DNA of 51,921 nucleotides, taken from the IMG/VR virus record IMGVR_UViG_3300025251_001815, positions 1 to 51,921 of that record; one strand, given 5' to 3'. The translations under genes were made by a program, and so were the position numbers. The notes beneath the pieces are model-generated. The model worked only from the letters and a program-made list of their open reading frames with translations. It ran no database searches and was not told the origin of the DNA. Of this stretch, positions 10,372-20,274 are shown in pieces (position 1 is the stretch's first letter; the number at the start of each line of letters is the position of its first letter). Source of the DNA: a virus. Its lineage: Duplodnaviria > Caudoviricetes.

Positions 10372-11493
10372 TTATTTTTGCTGTTCCAAAAATAAATTAA
10401 CGTACCGACTGGCCTCAACCAAGGGATTGCCTCCGGAGGCCTGGTTATATATCGAATATATATCAAAAATTAGCTTTTCTCTCAAGCTCTTATTAAGGGA
10501 TATCTCCTCTTCAAGTATCCTTATGTCAATGTATTTTCTGATCCAAAAAAAATCGTCAAAGAGTATTTTATAATAACTTTCTTCGTCTATAGTTTCTCTT
10601 TTTATAACGCGGCTAATAGTCTTATCACATTCTTCAATGCGAGCAGGATATGTAAAATACAAATTTGAGGCTTCAGCTAAATCCGTTTGCCCAATTAAAC
10701 TCTTATATGAAAACAGGAAGAAGTCTTTGAGATATTGTATGTCTAGCGATGCTGTCTTAATATAAAAAGAGTCAAAAAAGTTATCTTTTGTAATATTATA
10801 CTTATTCATATAAACGTGCAAGTTTTCTGAGTTCAAATTCGCCACAAGACGCCATGGGACGCGCCTATCAACTAAAAAACCGGCCTTCGCTGCACTATTA
10901 ACGTAGTTACTAAACCAGACCTCTTTAATAAAATTTGCATTTTTTATAAAAAGACTCTTTTGATCCGACAGCAACTCTATCATGAGCCCGCTTATACACG
11001 GATTTACAAAGCTTAAGTTAGACTTAATAAATTTTGTAAGCGTAATAGGTAGGTTTCTATCGTCATGCCTCAGGGTTTCAATGTAGTGGTCTATTAAATT
11101 TTCTACTCTTACTATTTTTCTCTCATCTTCAGTGCCAAACAACCCTCTAGCATAAGACTTATGGGCTGTGTTTAAATAATTTTCGTATACCTTTCTAGCA
11201 TCCGGCGCTGCCAGAGTCGCATCTGACGTAAACAAGCGGCTACCAACCGCCCCCTTGCCCTCTATTGGTCTAAAATTCATATCTTCTTGAAATTTAAAAA
11301 ACGCGTCGTGTACAAAGTTAAAAACTTTAAATCGCTTATTTTTAAAAAATAACATTTTTTCATAGTCTGGTATAACGTATTCTCCGTTGTTATTAACCTT
11401 GCCATATTTGCTGTTTTCCGTCAGATCAATCGAATTACTAAAATCCGCTATAATTTCGTATACGGAACTATCAATGGCATTTCTAATGGACAT
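10372..11493 (-). CDS. Hypothetical protein, possibly baseplate-associated
   Basis: 373-aa ORF abutting the baseplate hub-like gene; no motif recognised. Confidence 0.6.
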   Translation of the reverse strand: MSIRNAIDSSVYEIIADFSNSIDLTENSKYGKVNNNGEYVIPDYEKMLFFKNKRFKVFNFVHDAFFKFQEDMNFRPIEGKGAVGSRLFTSDATLAAPDARKVYENYLNTAHKSYARGLFGTEDERKIVRVENLIDHYIETLRHDDRNLPITLTKFIKSNLSFVNPCISGLMIELLSDQKSLFIKNANFIKEVWFSNYVNSAAKAGFLVDRRVPWRLVANLNSENLHVYMNKYNITKDNFFDSFYIKTASLDIQYLKDFFLFSYKSLIGQTDLAEASNLYFTYPARIEECDKTISRVIKRETIDEESYYKILFDDFFWIRKYIDIRILEEEISLNKSLREKLIFDIYSIYNQASGGNPLVEASRYVNLFLEQQK

Positions 11494-11496
11494 TAT

Positions 11497-14460
11497 TTAT
11501 TCTCCAATTTCCGTCGCTACCGATAGCCTGGCCAAGCCCTGGATATGAGGGTTATACTGCCAAATGCCTGCTATCTTTGTTATATATTCCGATGTAGTTA
11601 TTTCGCCACGAATATCCATGGCAATATAATAACCGCCTATGCCAATTTGATCCATTTTTCTATACGAATTCAACCCCAGGTAGTTACCATCAATATAAAA
11701 TAGTTGGCCCTTGTCAATTAAGTTATTCCCATACAAGGTCAGTTGCACATTGTATGGATTCCAAAGAACGAATGTGCTCGCTCCAGATGTCACCGCCGAG
11801 ATCCTTGCATCTCTTAGTTTCGGATCGTCAATTTTTGAAAAATCCGCCGAGATTAAAAGCCCCCGATCTAATCCGACCCTAAAATGAGGTATGCCATTTT
11901 CTTCATTCGACTTCTGCGTTCCATCTAGCTTTTCAAACTCGTAAAAGTCTACATAGTATAAAAGAAAGCTCCCTATATCATCCGGCCTATCTCTTCTTTT
12001 TCTAGACAACATAAACTGGTCGCCCATATCATCGCCAACCAATTTGCTGCTCATATAATACTTATCCGGGCCCGAAGCTCCAGCACCCGTTCCGTTAAGC
12101 TCGCTTAAGATATCACCAGCGGCGCTTGTATCAAATAAGACCTCCTGGTCTGAACCGAGCTTAAAGAGCCTAGCCTCTTCTCCGGATAGAAACTTTTTAT
12201 GGCCATTCTTTTTTCCAATAAAATTTCTACGTCTTGGTATTATTCTCCTAGGAACAATTGCGCTCGTTAAATTGTCCTTGTTAATATTGTCCCTGTCAAA
12301 GTCCATTAACGGTTCAACGTACTTTTCAAAAATTGCGTCTATAAGCTCCTGGGCCGATATTTTTTTACGCTCTGTTCGAATCATATAGTTTACTAGAAAT
12401 GCTCTGAAAGAGTCCATTTCAATAGGCAAATCAGCCAGGTTAAAGCTCTCTATGACTTTGCCACCTCTCGTTCTAATCCTAGCCGTTCCTAAAACAGGAA
12501 AAACCCGCTCTGACACAATGCTTTCATCAAACGAAAACAAGCAATCTACTATATCTCCTAGCTTAGTAAAAAATATCGGAAAATACTGCGAGTCCGGAGA
12601 GTCTCCCGCATGTTGCTCCGTCCACACCTCAAGTTCTTCCTCGGTCTCGAAACCCCCCAGTCCGGTCGTCGGGTCGGAGGCGACAACAAGACTCTTCGGA
12701 TCGCCGTCTAAAACAATCGCCGCAGGAGAGGTTATCGGAAGAGAATCCCTTGGTGACAGGCTAGCCGCATTATCAATATCGGTCTGTGCGCTGTTTAATA
12801 CCGCGTTTATAAAATTTTCTTTATTAAAATCAACAGATGACAAAATAGATGGCCCAAGATAGAGAGAGTTAACATGCTTAAATTTTAAGCTCTCCATGCT
12901 TACTGCCATTTTTTCAAAAAATTCTTCAGTTCCATAAACTTTTTCAGCAAAAGCGCCATCGTATTTGAACTGGGCAGTACTTGCCATATCACCAATACCA
13001 CCGATAATAGACGGTGTATAGCTAAAGGCGTTAACCTGTACATACCCCAAATGAGGGCGAATACCAAAAAATAAATAATTTACAAACAACTTCTTTGCCG
13101 TAGTATCCAAGACGGCATTAATGTGTTCTATCGCAGCGGAAAGGCCATCTTTTTGTAGAGTGCTATTTGAGCCGAATAACATATCATGCAAAAACACCAC
13201 CAAAATCGCCTGTATCTGATTTTGTTTTGCCTGTCTCCTGATTTCCTTAGAGAGAGGACTCTTGATATTGATTGTGACTACTTCCTCATTCATACCCCTA
13301 AGAACACGAACTGGGATGTCTGTATTAATTATATTGCCATCCAATAGATTCGCGAGCCTATCATCAATTTGTTTCGCGATTATCGTCTTATACGTTCCCT
13401 GCTTATAAGTGTCATTCAAGATCCTCACGACATCTTTTTTATCCGATGCCGACATTCGATCTTGTTCATGGGCGACTTCAAGACTTTTAATCGCATCGCC
13501 TTCAACTATTTCTAAGTATCTAACAATTTTAGAGACAGTCTCTGCAAAAAGAAACAGCTTATCAACCGCCACCGGACGATCAGAGGATTCAAACCTGCTA
13601 AAAATATCCCCACGCACCTCTTTAAAAACACTCAATCTTTCAAGTGAAAATACATTATTGCTGGGCCGCCCCATGATGCCTTCCCTGGCTGCCTGGTATA
13701 CAACAGAGACTCTTACCGACCCGTCATGATCAAAGTTGATGGTGTGGTCTACAATGTACAAGTCGAACACCTCTTTCATACCAAGAAAGATGCTTTTTTC
13801 CTCTCTCGTTAGAAGCACTTCGGTTGGGTCATCCGGTTCCGACCACCCAACCTCAATCTTGAGCGTTTTTTCCTCAATGTGCTGCTTATCGCTCGCTATC
13901 GTTTGAAACGGAAACGTAATGAGTTCCGTCAGATCACTATTCAAGAAAGAATACAGATTGTCAAAAGCTAAATCGATCGTCAGTGTGATATCTTGATCGG
14001 AGGGTCTCTCGTTACGAATAACGTATGTTATTCTTTCGACCCCACCCGCGCCTACATCACTTGCAGCGTCGTTCGTGACCAACGTTGCACTATAGGGATC
14101 AAAGTCCTCTACTTCATACGCAGTCTTCATAAGAATCTGCTTTTCTTCTCTTTTTCCTACGGGAGATACGGATCCAATCGCTTTTTTTGTTCCGATCTTA
14201 TAAAGCCTTATATACGGCATTAAAATAGCCAGTTGTTCATTTCTAAACGAAGTAAATATACTTCGATCCTTGTTCTTTGTTACAAGAAACTCGCTTTTGA
14301 AATTTCGGGGCTCACTCGGATTTAATAATCCAATATATTTATAAGGAACAACCCTATACCCTGGTTCGTTCAAAAGCTCAGGCATAACTTCCAGTAAGAT
14401 ATCCTGAAATCTTTCAGTGCCCTTCCTAAAAGCACTTACACTTATATTCCTCTCAGCCAT
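11497..14460 (-). CDS. Large baseplate hub-like protein (gp27/gpD-like)
   Basis: Follows the LysM-like gene. C-terminal QLTLYGNNLIDKGQLFYI...GYYIAMDIRGEIT..YITKI matches the hub-protein C-terminal pattern. Confidence 0.55.
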   Translation of the reverse strand: MAERNISVSAFRKGTERFQDILLEVMPELLNEPGYRVVPYKYIGLLNPSEPRNFKSEFLVTKNKDRSIFTSFRNEQLAILMPYIRLYKIGTKKAIGSVSPVGKREEKQILMKTAYEVEDFDPYSATLVTNDAASDVGAGGVERITYVIRNERPSDQDITLTIDLAFDNLYSFLNSDLTELITFPFQTIASDKQHIEEKTLKIEVGWSEPDDPTEVLLTREEKSIFLGMKEVFDLYIVDHTINFDHDGSVRVSVVYQAAREGIMGRPSNNVFSLERLSVFKEVRGDIFSRFESSDRPVAVDKLFLFAETVSKIVRYLEIVEGDAIKSLEVAHEQDRMSASDKKDVVRILNDTYKQGTYKTIIAKQIDDRLANLLDGNIINTDIPVRVLRGMNEEVVTINIKSPLSKEIRRQAKQNQIQAILVVFLHDMLFGSNSTLQKDGLSAAIEHINAVLDTTAKKLFVNYLFFGIRPHLGYVQVNAFSYTPSIIGGIGDMASTAQFKYDGAFAEKVYGTEEFFEKMAVSMESLKFKHVNSLYLGPSILSSVDFNKENFINAVLNSAQTDIDNAASLSPRDSLPITSPAAIVLDGDPKSLVVASDPTTGLGGFETEEELEVWTEQHAGDSPDSQYFPIFFTKLGDIVDCLFSFDESIVSERVFPVLGTARIRTRGGKVIESFNLADLPIEMDSFRAFLVNYMIRTERKKISAQELIDAIFEKYVEPLMDFDRDNINKDNLTSAIVPRRIIPRRRNFIGKKNGHKKFLSGEEARLFKLGSDQEVLFDTSAAGDILSELNGTGAGASGPDKYYMSSKLVGDDMGDQFMLSRKRRDRPDDIGSFLLYYVDFYEFEKLDGTQKSNEENGIPHFRVGLDRGLLISADFSKIDDPKLRDARISAVTSGASTFVLWNPYNVQLTLYGNNLIDKGQLFYIDGNYLGLNSYRKMDQIGIGGYYIAMDIRGEITTSEYITKIAGIWQYNPHIQGLARLSVATEIGE

Positions 14461-14463
14461 GGA

Positions 14464-14799
14464 CTAAACTCCAAAAATAGCAAGAATTTCTTCTAATGGA
14501 TTAGGGATAAAGATAGTCTCTCCAATCTTAATCTCGTGTTCCGAAGACTTCTTATTAAAGAATGCAATTATCCACCATAATTCGGGAAAGCCATAAGATT
14601 GATTTGCCACATTATAGAGCTTGTCACCTACTTTCCAAACATAAGGTGTTAATTGTAATCTCTCCATCTGTTTTTCGTCAGGGTAGTTTAAATCAGGCGT
14701 TGTGAAATGCCGAATGTATTTAACATCCCTCTTGTCAAAAAAGCTTTGGTACTCGCTTCTTTTATTTACGACGATATCTCTGTTTTTATACCTATCCAT
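14464..14799 (-). CDS. LysM-like baseplate protein (T4 gp53 / P2 gpX-like)
   Basis: YVWKVGDKLYNVANQSYGFPELWWIIAFFN...IKIGETIFIP. Confidence 0.82.
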   Translation of the reverse strand: MDRYKNRDIVVNKRSEYQSFFDKRDVKYIRHFTTPDLNYPDEKQMERLQLTPYVWKVGDKLYNVANQSYGFPELWWIIAFFNKKSSEHEIKIGETIFIPNPLEEILAIFGV

Positions 14800-15650
14800 T
14801 ATTTAAGAATATCCTTTGTAAGCCTCGCATCTACCGCATCAATAATTGTTGCGCTCAGTTCTTTATCCATTGAAATAGAAGCAATCTGTTCATTCGGATC
14901 CACGGCGAAACCAGAAACGCCATTGAGAACGCCCCCTCCGTGTGGGAACGTCTGAACATTCTTGTCTGGCGTATCTTGATGCCATCCCGGCGTATGCGTG
15001 TGTAACACCGTAAACGTTCCGGCTAGGGCAACAGATTTCGGATAAATGTTGACCCCTTTATACTTGGAGTTTGTTAACGATCCCTCGGTTTCTCCACTTG
15101 CGTCCCTGGTCTTTATTCCTTTTCTAACAACCTTAAACGCCCCCATGCTAAAGTCCGGTGTATACGATAGTCCGCTTAAAAATCCGTATAAATACCCGGC
15201 GTCAACTTGATTCTGAATTAAATTACCAAACTTGATTCCTATTACAGGTCCCGCCGTAATCGCTTTCCCCTCACTAAATTCTCCCTCAAACTCATATCTC
15301 GGATAAAGCATGGAAAGTAACAAGTCAATTTTAGCATGATTGATCTCCGCATGTTTAAGACCATGAGCAGGAACATTCCACCCCAGGGTAAATATTCTCG
15401 TTGTGCTTCTAAAGTTAACAATAGGGTCCATTCTACCATAAACACTTTGTGAACGCCAGTCCGAAGTGAATGTTTCTGAGAAGCCCTGAAGATACGCCGA
15501 AAAGGCCACTTCCCTGCCTGTCGGTACATGAAAGAATTCAAGCTTTAAAAGATGATCTTCAACTATATTCCTCTCACCAAAATTGGCAGCCTTAGGCGTT
15601 TTGGTAGTTAACTTATTTAGCTTTTTTACATTTTCATTTACTTCAGGCAT
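14799..15650 (-). CDS. Tail tube initiator / baseplate-tube junction protein (gp48/gp54-like)
   Basis: F.AYL..FSETF...W....VYGRMDPI..F..T.R...LGW pattern; lies between tape measure and LysM genes. Confidence 0.62.
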   Translation of the reverse strand: MPEVNENVKKLNKLTTKTPKAANFGERNIVEDHLLKLEFFHVPTGREVAFSAYLQGFSETFTSDWRSQSVYGRMDPIVNFRSTTRIFTLGWNVPAHGLKHAEINHAKIDLLLSMLYPRYEFEGEFSEGKAITAGPVIGIKFGNLIQNQVDAGYLYGFLSGLSYTPDFSMGAFKVVRKGIKTRDASGETEGSLTNSKYKGVNIYPKSVALAGTFTVLHTHTPGWHQDTPDKNVQTFPHGGGVLNGVSGFAVDPNEQIASISMDKELSATIIDAVDARLTKDILK

Positions 15651-15661
15651 TCTAATCGTTC

Positions 15662-18160
15662 CTAGGCTTTACTAAGTGCCTTTGCTACGTGACTTGCTAC
15701 CACTGGTGTTATCTGTTCTGCCAAGATCGAAGCCACTCTCTGGCCATTTAATATAGCCTCAATTTGGATTGGAGGTATCGCCAGGTTCGTAAGTTGGACA
15801 CCTCCTTGTGGTGCTCCAATGGGGGATATTTTTGACTGCGCTATTTCTGCATGTCTGGCCGCCTGAGCAAAAAAGCCAGCCATGGCAGCAGGCTTATCAA
15901 CATCCAAACTTTTAAGCTCAGAAATAACGCCCTTTAACTTCATAATGTTGTCCGCATTGAAATTAAAATTAATTCCGCCAATGGCAGAGAACTGAGCTAA
16001 TAAGCCCCCCATTTCCCTAAGGGGCCCTACTTTAATGTTATTAATGCTAGACTGCAACCCGGAAAGGTTACTGCTCAACTGGCTAACCAAGGAAACCTTG
16101 CTTTCATCCATGGCGTTTACCGCCATAGACAACTGGGCCACATCTTGGCTTCCCTTGAACGTTATCTCTTCTGGAACGCCGCGTATTGCGCTAACCAGCT
16201 TCCCTATACCAAAGGCGGCAACGCCAACCCCGGCAGACACAGCAGCTATTTTAATCGCAAGACCACTCATCGCCGTTGACGCAGCGGCAGCGGGCCTGGG
16301 CATCATCACTAAGGTGTCAACATATCTGGTCCCCATAGACGCTGCGGCCCCGGTGTTACTTGCCAGGCCTCCAAACGTGCCGGTAAGCTTCGTTAAAACA
16401 CCCCCGGCTGCCCCTGCTCCTCCGGAGAGCCCCCTAAACATGCCAATCAGGCTACCTACACCAAGAATCATTTTTCCAATATACATACCACCGGCCAAAG
16501 TAGCCATTACGGAGGCTAAATTCCACGAAGAACCAGTCGCTTTTATGATGCTATCATTTAATTCTAAAATCCAGCTTAAGAACCGCCCAGTCGCACTAGC
16601 CACTCTTGTAATTTGTTCTCCATATTGGTTAAATATAGCGGTAAGCTGCTCCATAATGCTTACCGTTAGCGCTGCCTTCTTGCGGGCCGCGTCTTCTGTC
16701 TCAGCTTGATGTTGTTTATATGCCGTATACTGCCTAGTCGTCATATTGAAGATACGCTGTGCCGTATCTAAATCTCTAATCCCCGCTGCTGTCTGGATTG
16801 CAAGTTGCATATGCTTATTAAGCTGATTGAACTGTAGCCCTGACGCCTTCATCGATTGAATGATATGTTCGACTCTCTCGCCTTCCGTTGCATTTAACAT
16901 TCTAACACTGTTCAAATACGGGCCGCCCAAAAGGGCATTTAAGCGTCCAACGTGACGAGCCGCAGTATCAAACGTATCATACCTAGACGCAATCTGCATC
17001 AAATCACCAATTGAAATGCGTAGGGATTGGGCCTGCTTGGCCATCTGAGCAAACATCCCCCTCGCAGACTGCCCGTATCGAACAAGAACAGGCATGGCAC
17101 GGTTAAATTCGTCTACAAGGGCTCCAGCGGGCATCCCAAGCTGTTCTGCTAGGCCACGAAGCTCAAGAAGGTATGCTTTGGACTGGGCAACAGTATTTCC
17201 AAGTGTTCCCATGAGATAATCTTGCGCCCTGGCTGCCTGCTGTGTCGAGATTCCTAGTTTAGCCAATACAGCGTTGAACTCGGCCAACTCCATTCTAGAG
17301 CTTTTGGTTAAAAGTCCAAAACTTCTAAAGTTGTTTAATAGTGCCGATATAGAGCCCGTAACTTGTCCCATGGTCATCGCAACTTGTCCGTTATTTCTCC
17401 AGACGCGTTCGATTTCCATATTATACATTCCAACTAGGCCTGTGCTCTGCTGAAACTGCGAGATAACATTGCTATATTCCATTGCCATTTTCATGGTTGA
17501 GAATATTATTTTATCTAAGACAGAACCCAGCATATTTGCAGGATTGAGCACCCTGCTGGTGATCGTCCTGCCAAAAGCCGACACACTCTGCGTTAATGCA
17601 GATATTCCTCGACCTCCTTGTGTAGAAGCGGTTAATATGTTTCCTAGGAATTTTTGTGAATGGTCCGTAATTCCCGCAAATCGCCGTAGTAGCGAGTCAG
17701 CAGCGCCGACTGCTTGCGTTTGGGCACCCACAATGGCATTTTCCACCGCTAAGCGCCTCTCGGCATTCATGAGGCGTTGGCGTTCAAGGGAGACACTCTG
17801 CTTTACCGCTGTCAGGTCCTCCTTTGAAAGGCGGACACCGTTTTCATGCATATTGAGCTTTTTTAGCTCTTGAGCCAAGGCTTCTCGTGCATTGTCCACT
17901 TCCTTCTGTGAGACCGAGAGTTGTTCTTGGCTAATCGAAACTCTGCTATATAACTTATTATTAATCTCTTCGCTAAGATGATTAACTTGGTTCATCGCAT
18001 CCGCAAGATAGTTTGCGTCAATCTTAGCTTTTTCGAGATCAAAGTCTCCCGTTATATCTACATTAACGCCAGATCCCGCTGCGGCTGCACGCTTAAAGCC
18101 AGACTCAATCGCGGATATAATAGAAGTTTGAAGCTGTCTTAGGTCTTGTCCATTGGCCAT
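15662..18160 (-). CDS. Tape measure protein
   Basis: 832 aa, A/Q/G/S-rich and helical with hydrophobic Gly-rich segments; downstream of tube and chaperone genes. Confidence 0.8.
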   Translation of the reverse strand: MANGQDLRQLQTSIISAIESGFKRAAAAGSGVNVDITGDFDLEKAKIDANYLADAMNQVNHLSEEINNKLYSRVSISQEQLSVSQKEVDNAREALAQELKKLNMHENGVRLSKEDLTAVKQSVSLERQRLMNAERRLAVENAIVGAQTQAVGAADSLLRRFAGITDHSQKFLGNILTASTQGGRGISALTQSVSAFGRTITSRVLNPANMLGSVLDKIIFSTMKMAMEYSNVISQFQQSTGLVGMYNMEIERVWRNNGQVAMTMGQVTGSISALLNNFRSFGLLTKSSRMELAEFNAVLAKLGISTQQAARAQDYLMGTLGNTVAQSKAYLLELRGLAEQLGMPAGALVDEFNRAMPVLVRYGQSARGMFAQMAKQAQSLRISIGDLMQIASRYDTFDTAARHVGRLNALLGGPYLNSVRMLNATEGERVEHIIQSMKASGLQFNQLNKHMQLAIQTAAGIRDLDTAQRIFNMTTRQYTAYKQHQAETEDAARKKAALTVSIMEQLTAIFNQYGEQITRVASATGRFLSWILELNDSIIKATGSSWNLASVMATLAGGMYIGKMILGVGSLIGMFRGLSGGAGAAGGVLTKLTGTFGGLASNTGAAASMGTRYVDTLVMMPRPAAAASTAMSGLAIKIAAVSAGVGVAAFGIGKLVSAIRGVPEEITFKGSQDVAQLSMAVNAMDESKVSLVSQLSSNLSGLQSSINNIKVGPLREMGGLLAQFSAIGGINFNFNADNIMKLKGVISELKSLDVDKPAAMAGFFAQAARHAEIAQSKISPIGAPQGGVQLTNLAIPPIQIEAILNGQRVASILAEQITPVVASHVAKALSKA

Positions 18161-18171
18161 TCAAATGCTCC

Positions 18172-18483
18172 TCACTTAATAGGCCATCTGATGCCTGTCT
18201 CGCCTTCAAATTTCTTTATCGCATCCATGAGGTTTAATTTATTTTGAAAGGTACGAGGGTCGTTAAGTCCAAACTTTGCTGCTGCGTCTAGATACCTTCT
18301 TTCACCCCCTAGGGCACCTAGAAATGAGTCAACTTCGGCCCTCGTACCAGTAACATCAAACTTGCCGACACCTGCACCTTTTAGGACCCATTCAAGCCAT
18401 CCGCCAAACATAGCAAGCCAGGACTCATCGAGCCGACCCGTTCTGTTGACCCCTAGATAGATTTTATGAGTCGCTATGTCCAA
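18172..18483 (-). CDS. Hypothetical tail-region protein
   Basis: 103-aa ORF with TTG start, AAGGAG RBS and a late-type motif upstream. Confidence 0.7.
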   Translation of the reverse strand: MDIATHKIYLGVNRTGRLDESWLAMFGGWLEWVLKGAGVGKFDVTGTRAEVDSFLGALGGERRYLDAAAKFGLNDPRTFQNKLNLMDAIKKFEGETGIRWPIK

Positions 18484-18510
18484 AGTGTGCTCCTTACACC
18501 GGTCTATAAA

Positions 18511-18518
18511 TAATTAGT
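18511..18518 (-). promoter_or_regulatory. Putative late promoter ACTAATTA
   Basis: Recurrent intergenic octamer, here upstream of the 18483 ORF and the tape measure gene. Confidence 0.65.
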
Positions 18519-18540
18519 AAGAAACACAAAATAGCTCTAG

Positions 18541-18822
18541 CTATTCAAGTGTTACTTTTTCGGATCCAGATGCCTTCTCGTACTCTTTTTGCTCATCTTT
18601 CTTGCGCTCAACAAGCTGCTTGTAGTACCAGTTTCTTAGTCCAACAGGCAGAGAATACGCCTCGATAAAGCTCCACCCACCATAATATTTCATCTGGTCT
18701 ATCTGAGTGTGCATGTCAACGCCATACTCAAGAGCGTATTCCTCCGGGAAGAATAAGTCGCTCCTAAGGCTAATCTTGACAATCTCGTTGAGCCACTCAA
18801 TTAGCTCCTTGGGTATAAAAAA
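18541..18822 (-). CDS. Tail assembly chaperone C-terminal extension, probably expressed by -1 frameshift
   Basis: ORF lies in the -1 frame of the upstream chaperone and overlaps it at T TTT TTA; GGWSFIEAYSLPVGLRNWY resembles chaperone GT-type extensions. Confidence 0.65.
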   Translation of the reverse strand, partial: FFIPKELIEWLNEIVKISLRSDLFFPEEYALEYGVDMHTQIDQMKYYGGWSFIEAYSLPVGLRNWYYKQLVERKKDEQKEYEKASGSEKVTLE

Positions 18823-19661
18823 TCGATACCGATAGGAGGCTCCACCTCTTCCTCGTATCCACAAGCCCCACAAGCGTAATCCTGTTTCAGATCAATGCTT
18901 GGGTTCAGCATCTTATACTTTTCCCTGAGGAAGGCCAAATCGGCCGCTGGGGCGCTCTCTAGGAAGAACTTTATGGTCTCTGTATCATCTATATCGTTAA
19001 CGCTGACAACAATCTGTTTTAGCGTGTCTGACGATACGGAATTAAGGCTTTTATTCTTCTTCTTATCGGACGTAACGATATCGAACATCCTCTTTTCATC
19101 TTCCCCGGTTAAAAGCTTTACTTTAACTACTACTTCCGTTAGAGGCAGCGTAATCGAAAATTGAGACCCCTCTAGTCTTGCCACATTTAGTTCCGTAGGG
19201 TCGTCTTCCGTATATCCCTGGTATACATTGGTCTTTTCCAGGTCAAATGCAAATGTTGTCGCATCGCCACAACTAGGACATGTTACTTGCGTTTTATATT
19301 CATTCGTATATGCCGTTGCACGAGCCGCAATCACAAGTGCGCTCTTGTCGGCAGATAACAATTGATTAACATTAATCTCCGACGGGACAAGGCTTTGCAA
19401 CACTTTGTCAATCGCGACGCCTCTTCTGATATATTCGACATTGGTCAACATATCTTCTTCTTTTCCAGTCATAAAGTTTATTTCAACCGTATTAGCACCC
19501 TCTAGAGGATGCCCCTCTGGATAAAAGCTTCCCGCCGACGGCAAATCAACATATTCAGTCGGTTTTGGGAAATTAAGCAAATTCTCCATTGCCTCAACAA
19601 CAGGAGAATCGCTAGAAGAACCATGGACACCGATTCGTCCAGAATTCCTATCTACACTCAT
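18801..19661 (-). CDS. T4 gp26-like baseplate hub assembly protein / tail assembly chaperone
   Basis: VDLPSAG.FYP, MTGKEEDML, ARATAY, CPSC and CGAC zinc pairs, KLLTGEDE; immediately downstream of the tube gene. Confidence 0.8.
   Translation of the reverse strand: MSVDRNSGRIGVHGSSSDSPVVEAMENLLNFPKPTEYVDLPSAGSFYPEGHPLEGANTVEINFMTGKEEDMLTNVEYIRRGVAIDKVLQSLVPSEINVNQLLSADKSALVIAARATAYTNEYKTQVTCPSCGDATTFAFDLEKTNVYQGYTEDDPTELNVARLEGSQFSITLPLTEVVVKVKLLTGEDEKRMFDIVTSDKKKNKSLNSVSSDTLKQIVVSVNDIDDTETIKFFLESAPAADLAFLREKYKMLNPSIDLKQDYACGACGYEEEVEPPIGIDFLYPRS
18816..18822 (-). promoter_or_regulatory. -1 ribosomal frameshift slippery site T TTT TTA
   Basis: Minus strand reads GAT TTT TTA TAC CCA AGG AGC TAA. 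A -1 slip gives FF-IPKELIEW in the downstream ORF. Confidence 0.65.
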
Positions 19662-19680
19662 TAAAAACCTCTACTTGTTA

Positions 19681-20220
19681 TTAAACGCCTAGGACGCTTC
19701 TCTCGTATCTCGCCCAGTCATACGTGATATCGACCGTGCAATCAACCAGCGTATCGTCCGCATAGCTAAGGTCACCGAAGGTCGCTCTTGAAATAATAGG
19801 ATTATTTAGAACCCACGTACCAACAGTAGTTCCATTCGCATGTAGTTCTTTAAGAGTAATAACACTACCAATATTCTCGGATACCGCTTTCTTTGAAATA
19901 GTTTTTGATAGCTTATCAGTCGTCTCAGATGGATCAACGTATCCGAATGAGAGCAGAAGCTCATACAATCTATTTGCAGCGTTCTCTTGAACGGTGTCAA
20001 CGAAGGTGGCACTAATCGGATCCCAGGAAACTCGTCCCGGGAACCGGAAATTGTAATCAAGAAGAGCGTGCTCTTGGATACCAATGGAGTAGGAGGGCTT
20101 CGTTACTGATCTACAGAAGTAACTATCTAATACTTTACCAGTTAGAAGTCCAAACTCAATCAAGAATCTATACTTTCTTTTCGGTTGTAAATCAGGGCTT
20201 GTCCAAAACGTTGATGCCAT
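19681..20220 (-). CDS. Tail tube protein (gp19-like)
   Basis: PKRKYRF, SVTKPS, FPGRVSWDPISATFVD, W.L....I....FGDLSY, ITYDWA; follows the sheath gene. Confidence 0.88.
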   Translation of the reverse strand: MASTFWTSPDLQPKRKYRFLIEFGLLTGKVLDSYFCRSVTKPSYSIGIQEHALLDYNFRFPGRVSWDPISATFVDTVQENAANRLYELLLSFGYVDPSETTDKLSKTISKKAVSENIGSVITLKELHANGTTVGTWVLNNPIISRATFGDLSYADDTLVDCTVDITYDWARYERSVLGV

Positions 20221-20253
20221 CCTTAAATTCTCCTATGCTATGCATACTCCTTT

Positions 20254-20261
20254 TAATTAGT
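20254..20261 (-). promoter_or_regulatory. Putative late promoter ACTAATTA
   Basis: Octamer in the sheath-tube intergenic gap. Confidence 0.65.
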
Positions 20262-20274
20262 AGTAGCTATATTT

